Shown here: positions 9,097 through 19,174 of the stretch, in pieces | How positions within the stretch are numbered: the first letter of the stretch is position 1 | How the letters are laid out: each line of letters opens with the position of its first letter | Assembly (NCBI GenBank): GCA_029287965.1 | Contig: JARFQC010000018.1 | Span: 1 to 27,129 of the forward strand | DNA: 27,129 nucleotides | Direction of reading: 5' to 3' | Source: Arenicellales bacterium | GTDB lineage: Bacteria > Pseudomonadota > Gammaproteobacteria > BMS3Bbin11 | Notes under the pieces: generated by a model | Databases searched by the model: none | What the model was told of the DNA's origin: nothing | What the model saw: only the letters and a program-made list of their open reading frames with translations | Position numbers and translations under genes: made by a program

Positions 9097-9955
9097 TGTT
9101 CTGAACCTGCTCACGGATCTGCTCAATAAGCACCTTGAGTTCGACTGCAGCGTTGGTGATGCGTATGTCGACCGCCTTGGAGCCCATGGTGTTGGCCTCG
9201 CGGTTCATCTCCTGCATGAGAAAATCGAGTCTTCTGCCTACCGGCTTATCCGATGCCATGGCCTGGCGTACCTCGCTGATATGCGATTCCAGCCTGTCGA
9301 GTTCTTCCGTAATATCGGCCTTGTTGGCGAAAACAACGAGCTCCTGCTCGAGGCGACCCGGTTCCAGATCGGCCTGGATGTCGGCTAGCCTGTCGGCCAG
9401 TCGCTGGCGATAGTCCGGTACGATTGACGGCACGACCTTCCTGACTTCATTGACCTGGCCGGTGATGGATTCAAGCCTGTCCAGCACCATGACTCTCAGG
9501 CGCTCGCCTTCACTGCTGCGGCTGGCCTGCAATTCAGCCAGCGTTTCGTCGAGCAGCTCCCTTGCAGCTGCTGCCAGGTCATCGTAGTCGATGCCTTCCT
9601 CGGTTATGATGCCGGGCCAGGCGAGTACGTCGGAGACACTCAACCCGATGCTTTCGTGCAGGCTGATTTCGATATTGCGGGACAGTTCGTTGAGACGGTT
9701 CAGCAGATCGGTGTTGATTGTCATGCTGTCCGGGTTTTTTCGATCGACCTGGAACCTGAGGCCGCAGTCGAGCTTGCCGCGTGCCAGGCTACTGCTGACG
9801 GCTTCGCGCAGCCCGGTTTCGAGCGAGCGCAGTTGTTCAGGCAGGCGGGAGCTGATGTCCAGGTAGCGGTGGTTAACGCTTTTTATTTCCCAGGTAAGCT
9901 GCCCCCAGCGGGTAGCGGCCTGGCAGCGTGCGAACGCGGTCATGCTTGCAGTCAT
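9089..9955 (-). CDS. yicC: YicC/YloC family endoribonuclease
   Basis: SMTAFAR, EIKSVNHRYLD, RGKLDC, DITEELDRL, GRRLDFLMQEMNREANTMGSK, EQIREQVQNIE. Start moved to ATG 9955. Confidence 0.95.
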   Translation of the reverse strand: MTASMTAFARCQAATRWGQLTWEIKSVNHRYLDISSRLPEQLRSLETGLREAVSSSLARGKLDCGLRFQVDRKNPDSMTINTDLLNRLNELSRNIEISLHESIGLSVSDVLAWPGIITEEGIDYDDLAAAARELLDETLAELQASRSSEGERLRVMVLDRLESITGQVNEVRKVVPSIVPDYRQRLADRLADIQADLEPGRLEQELVVFANKADITEELDRLESHISEVRQAMASDKPVGRRLDFLMQEMNREANTMGSKAVDIRITNAAVELKVLIEQIREQVQNIE

Positions 9956-10079
9956 GCGAGTTTCATCAGTAAGTGTAAGGACTGACGGATGGTATACCCT
10001 TAGCAATGGTGAATAAACCCGGTGTCGTGCTGCGGAATTTTGACTACAATTATGATCATCTGAATGTCACGTTGACCTG

Positions 10080-11039
10080 ATGGCCAAGAAAACCCGACTG
10101 CTGAGAAACGCCCTGCCGAAAGGCTACAGGCTGCCCGAGTACGAGATAGAGAAACCTATCAGTGAAGGCGGCTTCAGTGTCGTGTACTACGCCACCCATC
10201 TGCCGACCAACGAGCGGGTGGTGATCAAGGAGTATTTTCCGGTCAAGCACGCCCGCCGCCTGCCTACCGGCCGGGTTGAAACCATGACCGAGGAGGCATC
10301 ACGCTCGTTCGGCCTCGGTATCAAGCGCTTCTTCAATGAAGGCAGTGCGCTGGCCAGGCTTGAGCATCCCAACATCGTGCATGTGACGCACATGTTCAGG
10401 GCCAACAACACGGTTTACATGGTGATGGACTTCGAGGTCGGCCGGGACATGCGTTGGTACATCAAGCGCAAGAACGGCGGACTGACGGAAAAGTTCATGC
10501 GCACGGTATTTCCGGAGGTGCTGTCCGGGCTCAAGGTGCTGCATGAAAACAAGATCCTCCATCTTGATATCAAGCCTGCCAACATATTGCTGCGCTCGGG
10601 CGGGCACCCCCTGCTGATCGATTTCGGTGCCGTCAAGCAGGCGGAGGGTACAGGTAGTCTGGAAGTCAAGGGACAAACCCTGACACAGGGGTATGCTCCA
10701 CTGGAACAGCACAATCATGGCAACATCGGCGAGTGGTCGGACATCTATGGAGTAGGGGCAACCATGTATTCCTGCCTCAGTGGAAAACCGCCACCCCCGG
10801 CCATCGAACGTGTTTCCAGGGATGAACTGGAAACCGAGATCATGGCATTCGAGAAAAAGGGCTACAGCCGCTCGCTGCTGGAATCCATGGTGCTGGCCTT
10901 GAAAATGGATCTGACACAGCGTACCCAGGGCGTTGAGGCCTTTCAGGAACTGCTCAAGACCCGAACGGACAAGTCCAGGGTGATGAGCTTCCTGAATCAG
11001 CCGGTGCGGCTGGGGATTGGCAGGACAAACAAGAGCTGA
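10080..11039 (+). CDS. Hanks-type Ser/Thr protein kinase, soluble
   Basis: SEGGFSVVY, VVIKEY, FFNE, HPNIVHV, HLDIKPANI, LLIDFGA, GYAPLEQ, SDIYGVG; no transmembrane segment seen. Confidence 0.93.
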   Translation: MAKKTRLLRNALPKGYRLPEYEIEKPISEGGFSVVYYATHLPTNERVVIKEYFPVKHARRLPTGRVETMTEEASRSFGLGIKRFFNEGSALARLEHPNIVHVTHMFRANNTVYMVMDFEVGRDMRWYIKRKNGGLTEKFMRTVFPEVLSGLKVLHENKILHLDIKPANILLRSGGHPLLIDFGAVKQAEGTGSLEVKGQTLTQGYAPLEQHNHGNIGEWSDIYGVGATMYSCLSGKPPPPAIERVSRDELETEIMAFEKKGYSRSLLESMVLALKMDLTQRTQGVEAFQELLKTRTDKSRVMSFLNQPVRLGIGRTNKS

Positions 11040-11042
11040 TTG

Positions 11043-11987
11043 ATGAAATACAGATACGCAATTTCCACGGCTACCGGTGCACGCAAATACAACCAGGACC
11101 GGGCCGCATGCATGGAGGGAGACCAGTCAGTACTGCTGATCCTGGGTGATGGCCTGGGTGGTCATGCCGGCGGCGACATCGCTGCCGACCTGCTGGTGGA
11201 TACCGCATCGCGTGCCTTTCTTAAAATCCGTACCCCCGTCATCTCTGAACCCTCCCTGTTTCTTGCCCTGATCCTGCAGCACGCCCACCGGGCCATCAAC
11301 AGTTACGCCAGGCATTCGGAAGAAAATATCGATCCAAGGACGACAGCGGTGCTGTGTCTTATCCAGAACGGCTATGCCTACTGGGCGCATGCCGGCGACA
11401 GCCGCCTGTACCTGTTCCGTAACAGTTCCCAACTGACTCGCACGCTGGACCACACTGGCCGTGACCAGGCCCGTGCAAACCCGGGCGGCAGCAATTCCTA
11501 CTCGGGCACCGGTCTGTTTAATTGCATAGGCGGCAATCACCGGCCGCAGATCACGCTGGGTCCTGAAATCGCCCTGCAGCGCGGAGATCGCATCATGCTG
11601 TGCTCGGACGGGGTATGGCAGGGCATGCCTACCGACGAGATTGTCGAGTATTTATACAAGGAAGACCTTGAGGCCGGTGCCGATGAAATGCTCGAGGAGA
11701 TTACCCGCCGGCATCGTAAAAAATGCGACAACGTAACCGTGCTGGCCTTTACCTGGGATGACAGGTCTCCCCCGGGTCAGAACATGCGCCATGAGACGAT
11801 ACGTGACGTGCCTGCAGAACAGGTATGGCAGGAAGTGCGGGAAAGTGAAATAAGAATGAAAAAGATAATGGGCCACAAGCCTGCAAAAGAGGCCGGCGCG
11901 GGCATCTCGCACGCAGATCTCAGCGAACTGGACAGCGTCCTGTCGGAAGTCGAGTCATTCGTGAAGCGACTGGAGAGCCAGCGCTAG
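11043..11987 (+). CDS. PP2C/PPM family Ser/Thr phosphatase
   Basis: RKYNQD, ILGDGLGGHAGG, AHAGDSRLY, LCSDGV, DNVTV. Start ATG 11043 (or TTG 11040) directly after the kinase stop. Confidence 0.93.
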   Translation: MKYRYAISTATGARKYNQDRAACMEGDQSVLLILGDGLGGHAGGDIAADLLVDTASRAFLKIRTPVISEPSLFLALILQHAHRAINSYARHSEENIDPRTTAVLCLIQNGYAYWAHAGDSRLYLFRNSSQLTRTLDHTGRDQARANPGGSNSYSGTGLFNCIGGNHRPQITLGPEIALQRGDRIMLCSDGVWQGMPTDEIVEYLYKEDLEAGADEMLEEITRRHRKKCDNVTVLAFTWDDRSPPGQNMRHETIRDVPAEQVWQEVRESEIRMKKIMGHKPAKEAGAGISHADLSELDSVLSEVESFVKRLESQR

Positions 11988-12077
11988 TTACCGGTACCGC
12001 GCCTGCCCGCCGGCTACACATTTGTCCCTCCTCCGGTACAATACGGCGCCTCCTACCATTAACTACCAGGCAGATTC

Positions 12078-12803
12078 ATGCGTCCCAGCCAGCGAAATCC
12101 CGACCAGATGCGGGAAGTCAGATTTACACGTCAGTTCACCAAGCATGCCGAAGGTTCCGTGCTCGTCGAGTTCGGTGATACCAGGGTCATTTGCACCGCA
12201 ACCGTGGAAGAGCGGGTCCCGAGATTCCTGAAAGGCCAGAACAAGGGTTGGGTCACAGCGGAGTACGGCATGCTGCCCCGTTCGACCAATTCCCGCATGT
12301 CGCGCGAAGCTGCACGTGGCAAGCAGGGTGGCCGGACCATGGAAATCCAGCGCCTGATTGGACGCTCCCTGCGGGCGGCGATAGACCTGGAAAAGCTCGG
12401 TGAGCGCAGCATCACGCTCGACTGTGATGTCATCCAGGCCGACGGCGGCACGCGCACGGCATCGATTACCGGCGCCTGCGTGGCACTGAATGATGCTATC
12501 AGCATCCTGATCGAAAAGGGTCTGCTGGACGAGAATCCGCTGCAGCATCTTGTCGCCTCGGTGTCCGTGGGCATTTACCAGGGAACCCCGGTGCTCGATC
12601 TCGATTACGACGAGGACTGTAATGCCGAGACGGACATGAACTTTGTCATGGACGACACCGGCAACTTCATCGAGATACAGGGCACCGCCGAGGGGGCGAC
12701 GTTTTCAATGGATGAAATGCTGGCCATGACCGAACTGGCGCGTGCGGGTATCGGTAACCTGGTTGAAGCACAGCGCAGCGTCCTGGCAGACGAGCTGCGA
12801 TGA
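12078..12803 (+). CDS. rph: Ribonuclease PH
   Basis: [64 protein letters not shown]. Confidence 0.98.
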   Translation: MRPSQRNPDQMREVRFTRQFTKHAEGSVLVEFGDTRVICTATVEERVPRFLKGQNKGWVTAEYGMLPRSTNSRMSREAARGKQGGRTMEIQRLIGRSLRAAIDLEKLGERSITLDCDVIQADGGTRTASITGACVALNDAISILIEKGLLDENPLQHLVASVSVGIYQGTPVLDLDYDEDCNAETDMNFVMDDTGNFIEIQGTAEGATFSMDEMLAMTELARAGIGNLVEAQRSVLADELR

Positions 12804-13399
12804 CCGCCAGGCTGGTCATCGCAATGGGGAATGCGGGCAAGCTGAAGGAAATCCGGAGCATCTTCTCGGGTCTGGACGTGGACATCGTGCCCCAGTCCGA
12901 CTTCGATACGCCTGAGGCCGACGAAACGGGGCTCAGTTTTATCGAGAATGCGATCATCAAGGCACGCAACGCCGCTGCCCATACCGGACTGCCGGCACTG
13001 GCCGATGATTCAGGTATCGAGGTCGATGCGCTGAACGGCGAGCCGGGCATCCATTCCGCCCGCTATGCCGGCGATGACGAAAGCAATATAGACAAACTGC
13101 TGCGCGAGCTCGACGCGACCGGCGACGCGCAGCGCAGTGCGCGTTTTCAATGCGTGATGGCCTATGTTCGACATGCCCGGGACCCGGTGCCACTGATTGC
13201 CCAGGGCAGTTGGGAAGGTAAAATTCTGACCCGGCGGCAGGGTGAAGGCGGTTTTGGCTACGACCCGGTATTTTACGTACCGGAACAGGGTTGCAGTGCT
13301 GCGGAACTGGCGCCGGACCAGAAAAATGCCATCAGCCATCGCGGCAAGGCGCTCAGCCTGATGCTGGATCAGCTGGCGAAAATCTACTCGTCACGATAA
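12800..13399 (+). CDS. rdgB: dITP/XTP pyrophosphatase
   Basis: [46 protein letters not shown]; ATGA overlap with rph. Confidence 0.96.
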   Translation: MTARLVIAMGNAGKLKEIRSIFSGLDVDIVPQSDFDTPEADETGLSFIENAIIKARNAAAHTGLPALADDSGIEVDALNGEPGIHSARYAGDDESNIDKLLRELDATGDAQRSARFQCVMAYVRHARDPVPLIAQGSWEGKILTRRQGEGGFGYDPVFYVPEQGCSAAELAPDQKNAISHRGKALSLMLDQLAKIYSSR

Positions 13400-13516
13400 C
13401 TCAGTCGGGAACACTTTCCCGGGTTGAATGGAAAAGGCGTCAGCGGGTGCAGCCCATGCATCCGGTGTTCTTCATCATCCGGGGCTCCCCCATCATGAAC
13501 CGCGTAGAGCGAATAG

Positions 13517-14680
13517 ATGTCCGTTAAATTACAGCCTGCTGAAGCCATCCCCCTTTCTCTTTATGTGCACACGCCGTGGTGCGTGAAGAAATGTCCCTAT
13601 TGCGATTTCAACTCGCACGCGGTTACTGAACAGGGCATTCCCCAGCAGGAGTACATCGATGCCCTGGTAAGGGACCTGGAATTTCATCTGCCAGAAGTAT
13701 GGGGACGGCGTTTGTCGAGTGTCTTCATAGGCGGCGGTACACCCAGCCTGTTTGCCCCGGAGGCCATTGCTGAGCTGATTACCGCTATACGAACACGCCT
13801 GCCGTGCGTAGCCGGTATGGAGGTCACACTGGAAGCCAATCCAGGAACTGTCGAGGCGGACTCGTTCGAGGGATTCAGGCAGGCGGGAGTCAACAGGCTG
13901 TCAGTAGGCGTGCAGAGCTTCGATGATCAATGCCTGGGCAAGTTAGGCCGTATCCACAGCGCTGATGAGGCTGTCGCTGCCGTTAGCAGGGCGCTGGATG
14001 CCGGTTTTGCCAGCGTAAACCTTGACCTGATGTTCGGTCTGCCCGGTCAGTCCATGTCCGCGGCGCTTGCGGACCTGGAGCAGGCGCTTGCGCTGGCACC
14101 GGGACACCTGTCGCTTTACCAGCTGACGATCGAGCCGAACACTCCGTTCATGCATCGCCCGCCCGAAAAACTTCCGGCGGACGATGTGCTGGCCGAGATG
14201 CAGGATGTGCTGGCTGGCAAGCTTGAGTCAGCGGGACTGGAACGCTACGAGGTCTCCGCCTATGCCAGCGGGAGCCTGCAGTGCAGGCATAATCGCAACT
14301 ACTGGGAGTTTGGCGACTATCTCGGTATTGGTGCAGGCGCGCATTCCAAGCTGAGTAATGCAGAAACAATGTACCGGTTCTCAAAGCCGCGTTCCCCGGG
14401 GCAATACCTGGCTGAGGCAGGACAGTTGTCAGCCGTGCGCGGGCATAGGCGTCTTGAGGAGGCGGATCTCCGCTTCGAATTCATGCTGAATGCACTGCGC
14501 CTGCGTGATGGTTTCAGTATCGGCCTGTTTGAAGGTCACACGCGCTTGTCCTATTCTGCCATCAGTGAAAGCGTGGGCGAGGCCGTGGAGAGAGGGCTGC
14601 TGGTCGAGCACGATGGCCGCATTCAGGCAACCGAAACGGGATACCGGTTTCTCTCTGATACCCTGCTGCTGTTCAGCTAG
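13517..14680 (+). CDS. hemW: Radical SAM heme chaperone HemW
   Basis: LYVHTPWCVKKCPYCDFNSH, GGGTPS, EANP, RLSVGVQSF, YEVSAY, HNRNYWEFGDYLGIGAGAHS; follows rdgB. Confidence 0.93.
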   Translation: MSVKLQPAEAIPLSLYVHTPWCVKKCPYCDFNSHAVTEQGIPQQEYIDALVRDLEFHLPEVWGRRLSSVFIGGGTPSLFAPEAIAELITAIRTRLPCVAGMEVTLEANPGTVEADSFEGFRQAGVNRLSVGVQSFDDQCLGKLGRIHSADEAVAAVSRALDAGFASVNLDLMFGLPGQSMSAALADLEQALALAPGHLSLYQLTIEPNTPFMHRPPEKLPADDVLAEMQDVLAGKLESAGLERYEVSAYASGSLQCRHNRNYWEFGDYLGIGAGAHSKLSNAETMYRFSKPRSPGQYLAEAGQLSAVRGHRRLEEADLRFEFMLNALRLRDGFSIGLFEGHTRLSYSAISESVGEAVERGLLVEHDGRIQATETGYRFLSDTLLLFS

Positions 14681-14760
14681 TGCGAAGCAACGTGGCTGGA
14701 ACCGCTCGCCCGATGATGCTGTCAAGATGATACACACACTCAAAATGACATCGAACCTCC

Positions 14761-15384
14761 ATGAAACCTAAACTGAAACTGACCCTGTTTACAGACTATA
14801 TCTGCCCGTTCTGTTTCATCGGCGACCTGCGGCTGAACAAGCTGCGTGAAGACTACGACGTGATGGTGAATTTCCGGTTTATTGAAATCCACCCGGATAC
14901 GCCCCAGGATGGCGCGTCAGTGGACACCCTCGACTATTCAACCGAAACATGGACCGAGATGATGGATGGCCTGGCCGAAATGGCGCGCGAGGAAAATGTT
15001 GAGTTTGCATCGAACCGGCGTCTGGCCAATTCACATCGTGCGCTGCTGCTCGCCGAAGCAGCCAAGCGCCTGGGCGCGGATACGTTCTATGCCCTGCATG
15101 CGAAACTCTACCGGGCCTATTTCATACAGGGCAGGCGCATCGGCAGCGAGCAGATTCTGCGTGAACTGGCTACGGAATGCGGTATGGATGATGCGGTTGT
15201 CGAGGCGGCCTGGACATCCGATGAATACGAGCAGATCCTGCGACAGAATATGAGCATGGCCGTGCAGGCCGGCGTCAGCGGGACGCCGACTTATTTCATC
15301 GGTGGACGGCGGCTGATCGGGGCCGTTGCTGTTGAGCATTTGAAGTCGGCGGCTGCCGAGGCACTGGAGCGGCGCGTCTCGTGA
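14761..15384 (+). CDS. DsbA/FrnE-family thioredoxin-fold protein, cytoplasmic
   Basis: DYICPFCFIG active site near the N-terminus and GVSGTPTYFIG (cis-Pro loop); no signal peptide. Confidence 0.88.
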   Translation: MKPKLKLTLFTDYICPFCFIGDLRLNKLREDYDVMVNFRFIEIHPDTPQDGASVDTLDYSTETWTEMMDGLAEMAREENVEFASNRRLANSHRALLLAEAAKRLGADTFYALHAKLYRAYFIQGRRIGSEQILRELATECGMDDAVVEAAWTSDEYEQILRQNMSMAVQAGVSGTPTYFIGGRRLIGAVAVEHLKSAAAEALERRVS

Positions 15385-15893
15385 ACATGAAGGCCAGGCT
15401 TCTGCTGGCGTCTGCGGTCATCGCTGTCCTCGCCGGCCTGGTGTGGACATGGCATGCCCACTTTCGCTATGTGGATGCGCCTGAAGTCAGTTTTACCATG
15501 CTGGACGGCAGTCGACCGGCCATGTCAGACCTGGTTGGCAACCCTGTCCTGGTAACGTTCTGGGGCACGAGTTGCGTGGAATGCATCAGGGAAATGCCCG
15601 ACCTGGTCCGCATGCACGATGAGTATTCGTCGCAGGGGCTTCGTATTATCGGCGTTGCAATGCCGTACGAACCTCCTCACCTTGTTTACCAGTTCCAGCA
15701 GATGCGCAAGCTTCCGTACCAGCTGTCCCTGGATCTCGATGGCAGTCTGAGCCGCGGTTTCGGTGATGTACGCCTGACACCGACGACGCTGCTGGTATCG
15801 CCAGGGGGGGAAATCGTCTATCACAAGACCGGCCCCTTCGATACGGAATGGCTGCGATCCCGCATTGCCAGTATGCTTGAACAATCCGCGTGA
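15381..15893 (+). CDS. TlpA/ResA-like membrane-anchored thiol-disulfide oxidoreductase
   Basis: N-terminal hydrophobic anchor, VLVTFWGTSCVECIREMP, TPTTLLV. Start GTG 15381 or ATG 15387. Confidence 0.88.
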   Translation: MNMKARLLLASAVIAVLAGLVWTWHAHFRYVDAPEVSFTMLDGSRPAMSDLVGNPVLVTFWGTSCVECIREMPDLVRMHDEYSSQGLRIIGVAMPYEPPHLVYQFQQMRKLPYQLSLDLDGSLSRGFGDVRLTPTTLLVSPGGEIVYHKTGPFDTEWLRSRIASMLEQSA

Positions 15894-15919
15894 ACTATCA
15901 CTGCCGTTAAGGACACACC

Positions 15920-16333
15920 ATGCTCATAATCAAGTCACTGCACATCATATTCATGGTCAGCTGGTTTGCCGGCCTGTTCTACCTGCCGCGGCTGTTCGTT
16001 CATCATGCGATGACGACAGATGCCGCGACCAGCGAGCGACTCAAGATCATGGAGCGGAAACTTTACTACTTCGTGACGCCTTGGGCTGTGTTGACCATCG
16101 GCTTGGGTTTCTGGCTCTGGTGGGGTTACGGCTTCACTGGCACATGGCTCTGGATCAAGACCGGCCTGGTTGCTGTGCTGGTCGTCTTCCACCTGCTATG
16201 CGGGAAGATAGTGGCCGAATTCCGCGAAGACCGGAACACCCGCAGCCATGTCTTTTACCGCTGGTTTAACGAGTTTCCGTTGCTGCTGCTGGTCGCTATC
16301 ATCTTTCTCGTCGTCCTGAAGCAGCCTGTGTAG
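15920..16333 (+). CDS. hemJ: Protoporphyrinogen IX oxidase HemJ (CopD-like membrane family)
   Basis: IKSLHII...[27 protein letters not shown]; four TM helices. Confidence 0.9.
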   Translation: MLIIKSLHIIFMVSWFAGLFYLPRLFVHHAMTTDAATSERLKIMERKLYYFVTPWAVLTIGLGFWLWWGYGFTGTWLWIKTGLVAVLVVFHLLCGKIVAEFREDRNTRSHVFYRWFNEFPLLLLVAIIFLVVLKQPV

Positions 16334-16337
16334 CGAC

Positions 16338-16802
16338 TTGTTTCATATCGTCCTGTACGAGCCGGAGATCCCGCCCAATACCGGCAACATCATGCGTCTG
16401 TGCGCCAACACCGGTGTGCGGCTGCACCTGGTCGGGAAACTGGGCTTTGAACTCGACGACAAACTGCTGCGCAGGGCCGGTCTCGACTACCGTGAATGGG
16501 CGCAGGTGGAAAAACACGCAGACTGGCAGGCATTTCTAACGGATGTAGCGCCGCCGCGAATCTACCTGTTTACGACCCGCGCCGGCAGGAGCTATGCAGA
16601 CTGCCGCTTTGAGCAGGGCGATGCGCTGGTGTTCGGTCCCGAGACACGTGGTCTGCCACAGTCTTTGCTGGACGAATACGGAGCCATGCACTGTCTTCGC
16701 CTTCCCATGCAGCAGAACAGCCGCAGCCTGAATCTTTCCAATACGGTGGCCATTGCCGTTTACGAGGCCTGGAGGCAGCAGGGGTTTGCGGGAGGGGCGT
16801 GA
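16338..16802 (+). CDS. trmL: tRNA (cytidine/uridine-34-2'-O)-methyltransferase TrmL
   Basis: [49 protein letters not shown]. Confidence 0.96.
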   Translation: MFHIVLYEPEIPPNTGNIMRLCANTGVRLHLVGKLGFELDDKLLRRAGLDYREWAQVEKHADWQAFLTDVAPPRIYLFTTRAGRSYADCRFEQGDALVFGPETRGLPQSLLDEYGAMHCLRLPMQQNSRSLNLSNTVAIAVYEAWRQQGFAGGA

Positions 16803-16839
16803 TATCCCTGCTCAGTAGGCAGATGCGTCGGCATGAGGG

Positions 16840-16858
16840 TTCATGCTTCTGGCATGAA
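16840..16858. terminator. Hairpin between convergent trmL and gpsA (possible terminator)
   Basis: TTCATGC-ttctg-GCATGAA, with an alternative stem GCATGA(16831-16836)/TCATGC; no clean U-tract. Confidence 0.35.
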
Positions 16859-16871
16859 ACTGTCCGCAGAT

Positions 16872-17885
16872 TTATTCGTGCGTTTGGTCTCTGTGCAGCA
16901 GGTTCTGCACCGCGTCATCGGCAGGCAGCCCCTCGTAAAGTACCTTGTAGACCTGTTCGGTGATCGGCATTGTCACCCCGTGTTTGCGGGACAGCTCCCA
17001 GCCTGCGGCAGCGGACTGAATACCTTCCACTTCCTGGCCGATTTCTGCCACCACCTCATCCAGGAGTTTACCCGCACCAAGGCCCAGGCCGCAGCGGCGG
17101 TTGCGCGACTGATTATCGGTACAGGTCAGTACCAGGTCACCGAGCCCGGCAAGCCCCATGAAGGTTTCCGGCTGCCCGCCCAGCGCCCCGGCGAGGCGGG
17201 AAATTTCGGCCAGGCCACGGGTGATCAGGGCGGCGCGTGCATTGGCGCCAAAGCCCAGTCCGTCACTTATGCCGGCAGCGATGGCCATGACATTCTTCAA
17301 CGCGCCGCCCAGCTGCACGCCCGCCATGTCTTCGAGTGTGTAGGCGCGGAAATTGCCATGGTGCAGCCAGCTGGCGACTTCCGTTGCAGTGTCCGGTGAG
17401 GACGACGCCACGGCAACGGCTGTGGGCATGCCGCGCGCAACTTCGCCGGCGAATGATGGACCGGAGATCACCGCCCGCATGACGGAGTCAGGCAGTTCTT
17501 CGGTGGCGATGTCGCTCATCAGGTTGCAGGTTTCGAGTTCCAGTCCTTTCGTGCCCCAGGCAATCAATTCGGCCTGCAAGCGATCCTGTTCCCGGAGCAG
17601 GCGCATGACGCTGCGAAATGCGTGGCTTGGTACGACAACCAGGAACCTGGTCAGGCTCGATGGCAGTTCATCCAGCGACAGGATAACTTTCAGGGGTTCG
17701 GGAAAGGGTATGCCCGGCAGAAAGCGTTCATTGCTGTGCGAGGCGAGCATCTCTTCCTGGTGGCCGGTGTCATGCCCCCACAGGTAACACTGGCGGCCGC
17801 TGGCAGCCATATGCAAGGCCAGTGCGGTGCCCCAGGATCCGGCACCTATGACGGCAATAGCCTGTTGCGGGTCGCGCCCGGTCAT
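16872..17885 (-). CDS. gpsA: NAD(P)H-dependent glycerol-3-phosphate dehydrogenase
   Basis: IGAGSWGTALA, TKGLE, SGPSFAGEV, GGALKNVMAIAAG, GLAGLGDLVLTC...SRNRR; follows secB. Confidence 0.97.
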   Translation of the reverse strand: MTGRDPQQAIAVIGAGSWGTALALHMAASGRQCYLWGHDTGHQEEMLASHSNERFLPGIPFPEPLKVILSLDELPSSLTRFLVVVPSHAFRSVMRLLREQDRLQAELIAWGTKGLELETCNLMSDIATEELPDSVMRAVISGPSFAGEVARGMPTAVAVASSSPDTATEVASWLHHGNFRAYTLEDMAGVQLGGALKNVMAIAAGISDGLGFGANARAALITRGLAEISRLAGALGGQPETFMGLAGLGDLVLTCTDNQSRNRRCGLGLGAGKLLDEVVAEIGQEVEGIQSAAAGWELSRKHGVTMPITEQVYKVLYEGLPADDAVQNLLHRDQTHE

Positions 17886-17891
17886 GGTGTG

Positions 17892-18344
17892 CTAGTTGAC
17901 TGCGCCTTCCGGCTTCTGGCTGGCCATGACCTTCTGCTGGTACAGGCCCTCGAAGTTGACCGGGTGAATCAGCATCTGCGGATAACCGCCTTTGCCGACC
18001 AGGTCGTCGATGGCCTGGCGGATGTAGGGCAGCAGAATATTGGGACACGCAATCTCAAGTACAACCGGCATTTCCTGTTCAGGCACGCCAATGATCTGGA
18101 ACAGTCCGGCCTGCTGCACTTCACACAGGAAGACGGTCTGGTCGTCGCTCTTGGCGGTTACCGTTACGCTGAGAATGACCTCATGGTGTTCGGCGTCGAT
18201 TTTCGAATGTGAAATATCCAGCTGGATATCGACTTCGGGTGCCTGCTGCTGCAGGAAGGACTGGGGACTCATCGGAGACTCGAATGATGCGTCCTTGATA
18301 TAAATTTTCTTGAGGTTGAAATTCGCCTGCTGTTCGTCTGCCAT
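17892..18344 (-). CDS. secB: Protein-export chaperone SecB
   Basis: IYIKDASFESP, FLCEVQQAGLF, CPNILLPY, HPVNFEGLY. Confidence 0.97.
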   Translation of the reverse strand: MADEQQANFNLKKIYIKDASFESPMSPQSFLQQQAPEVDIQLDISHSKIDAEHHEVILSVTVTAKSDDQTVFLCEVQQAGLFQIIGVPEQEMPVVLEIACPNILLPYIRQAIDDLVGKGGYPQMLIHPVNFEGLYQQKVMASQKPEGAVN

Positions 18345-18376
18345 GTGAGCGGTGCCTGGATGATTATCAAACCGCC

Positions 18377-18404
18377 ATTGTATTTTCTGGCAGGCCTGAG
18401 TGAA
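18377..18404 (-). promoter_or_regulatory. Possible internal sigma70 promoter for secB-gpsA
   Basis: Minus strand TTCACT-N16-TACAAT in the roughly 100-bp grxC-secB spacer. Confidence 0.35.
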
Positions 18405-18448
18405 AGGGTGACCGGTGTTTTATTTTGCGCTCTGCGCGAAATCCCGGG

Positions 18449-18706
18449 TCAACGGCCCAGCAGGGGATCCAGTTCATCGCGGTGGTCCAGCATGGCAATG
18501 TCGCTATAGCCGCCTACGTGCTGCCCGTCTATGAAGATTTGCGGTACGCTGGTGCGGCCATTGCTGATGGATTGCATATGGCTGCGCAGTTCCGAGTCAT
18601 TGTCGACGTAGACTTTCTCGATCTGCTGATTCTTCGACTCCAGCAGCCTGGTGGCCATGATGCAGTAGGGACAGAACCGCGTGCAGTACATCGTTATCTC
18701 TGCCAT
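18449..18706 (-). CDS. grxC: Glutaredoxin 3
   Basis: CPYC, TSVPQIFI, GGYSD; upstream of secB. Confidence 0.95.
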   Translation of the reverse strand: MAEITMYCTRFCPYCIMATRLLESKNQQIEKVYVDNDSELRSHMQSISNGRTSVPQIFIDGQHVGGYSDIAMLDHRDELDPLLGR

Positions 18707-18731
18707 GTCGAACGCCCTGGAGATTCGCGGC

Positions 18732-19145
18732 CTAGCGCTCGGTTGGCAGGCTGTCCTTCTGCCAGGCGTTGATGCCGCCCGTCAGGTTGTAGACCTTGTC
18801 AAAGCCGGCCTTTTTGAGTGTACCGGCCGCGCCCATGGAACGATGTCCGGAACGACAATACACAACGACCGGGCGGTTTTTATGCTTTTCAATCTGGCCG
18901 ATGTTCTTTTTCAGGCTCGACAGCGGTATATGCACCGCGCCCTGAATCTTGCCCGTGTTGTCCAGTTCACGCTGTTCGCGAACATCCAGGAACAGGGCTT
19001 CATCGTGGTTCGACATGGCAACGGCTTCGCTGGTCGTCGCCGTTTCGATGCCCAGCATCCGGCGGCGCAGGGGTTCGCCCACGATCATGACAAAGACGAA
19101 CAGGATAGCGCCGATAAGGAAATAGTTTTGAGATATGAATTCCAT
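18732..19145 (-). CDS. Membrane-anchored rhodanese-like protein (YibN-like)
   Basis: N-terminal TM, LDVRE, GKIQGAVHIP, active-site loop YCRSGHRS, GGINAW. Confidence 0.92.
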   Translation of the reverse strand: MEFISQNYFLIGAILFVFVMIVGEPLRRRMLGIETATTSEAVAMSNHDEALFLDVREQRELDNTGKIQGAVHIPLSSLKKNIGQIEKHKNRPVVVYCRSGHRSMGAAGTLKKAGFDKVYNLTGGINAWQKDSLPTER

Positions 19146-19174
19146 AGTTCAGCAGGCAATGTGCCTTTTTCAGA

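Noticed and set aside
12037-12042. TACAAT upstream of rph as an internal promoter
   Set aside because: No supporting -35 or extended -10; too weak to call.
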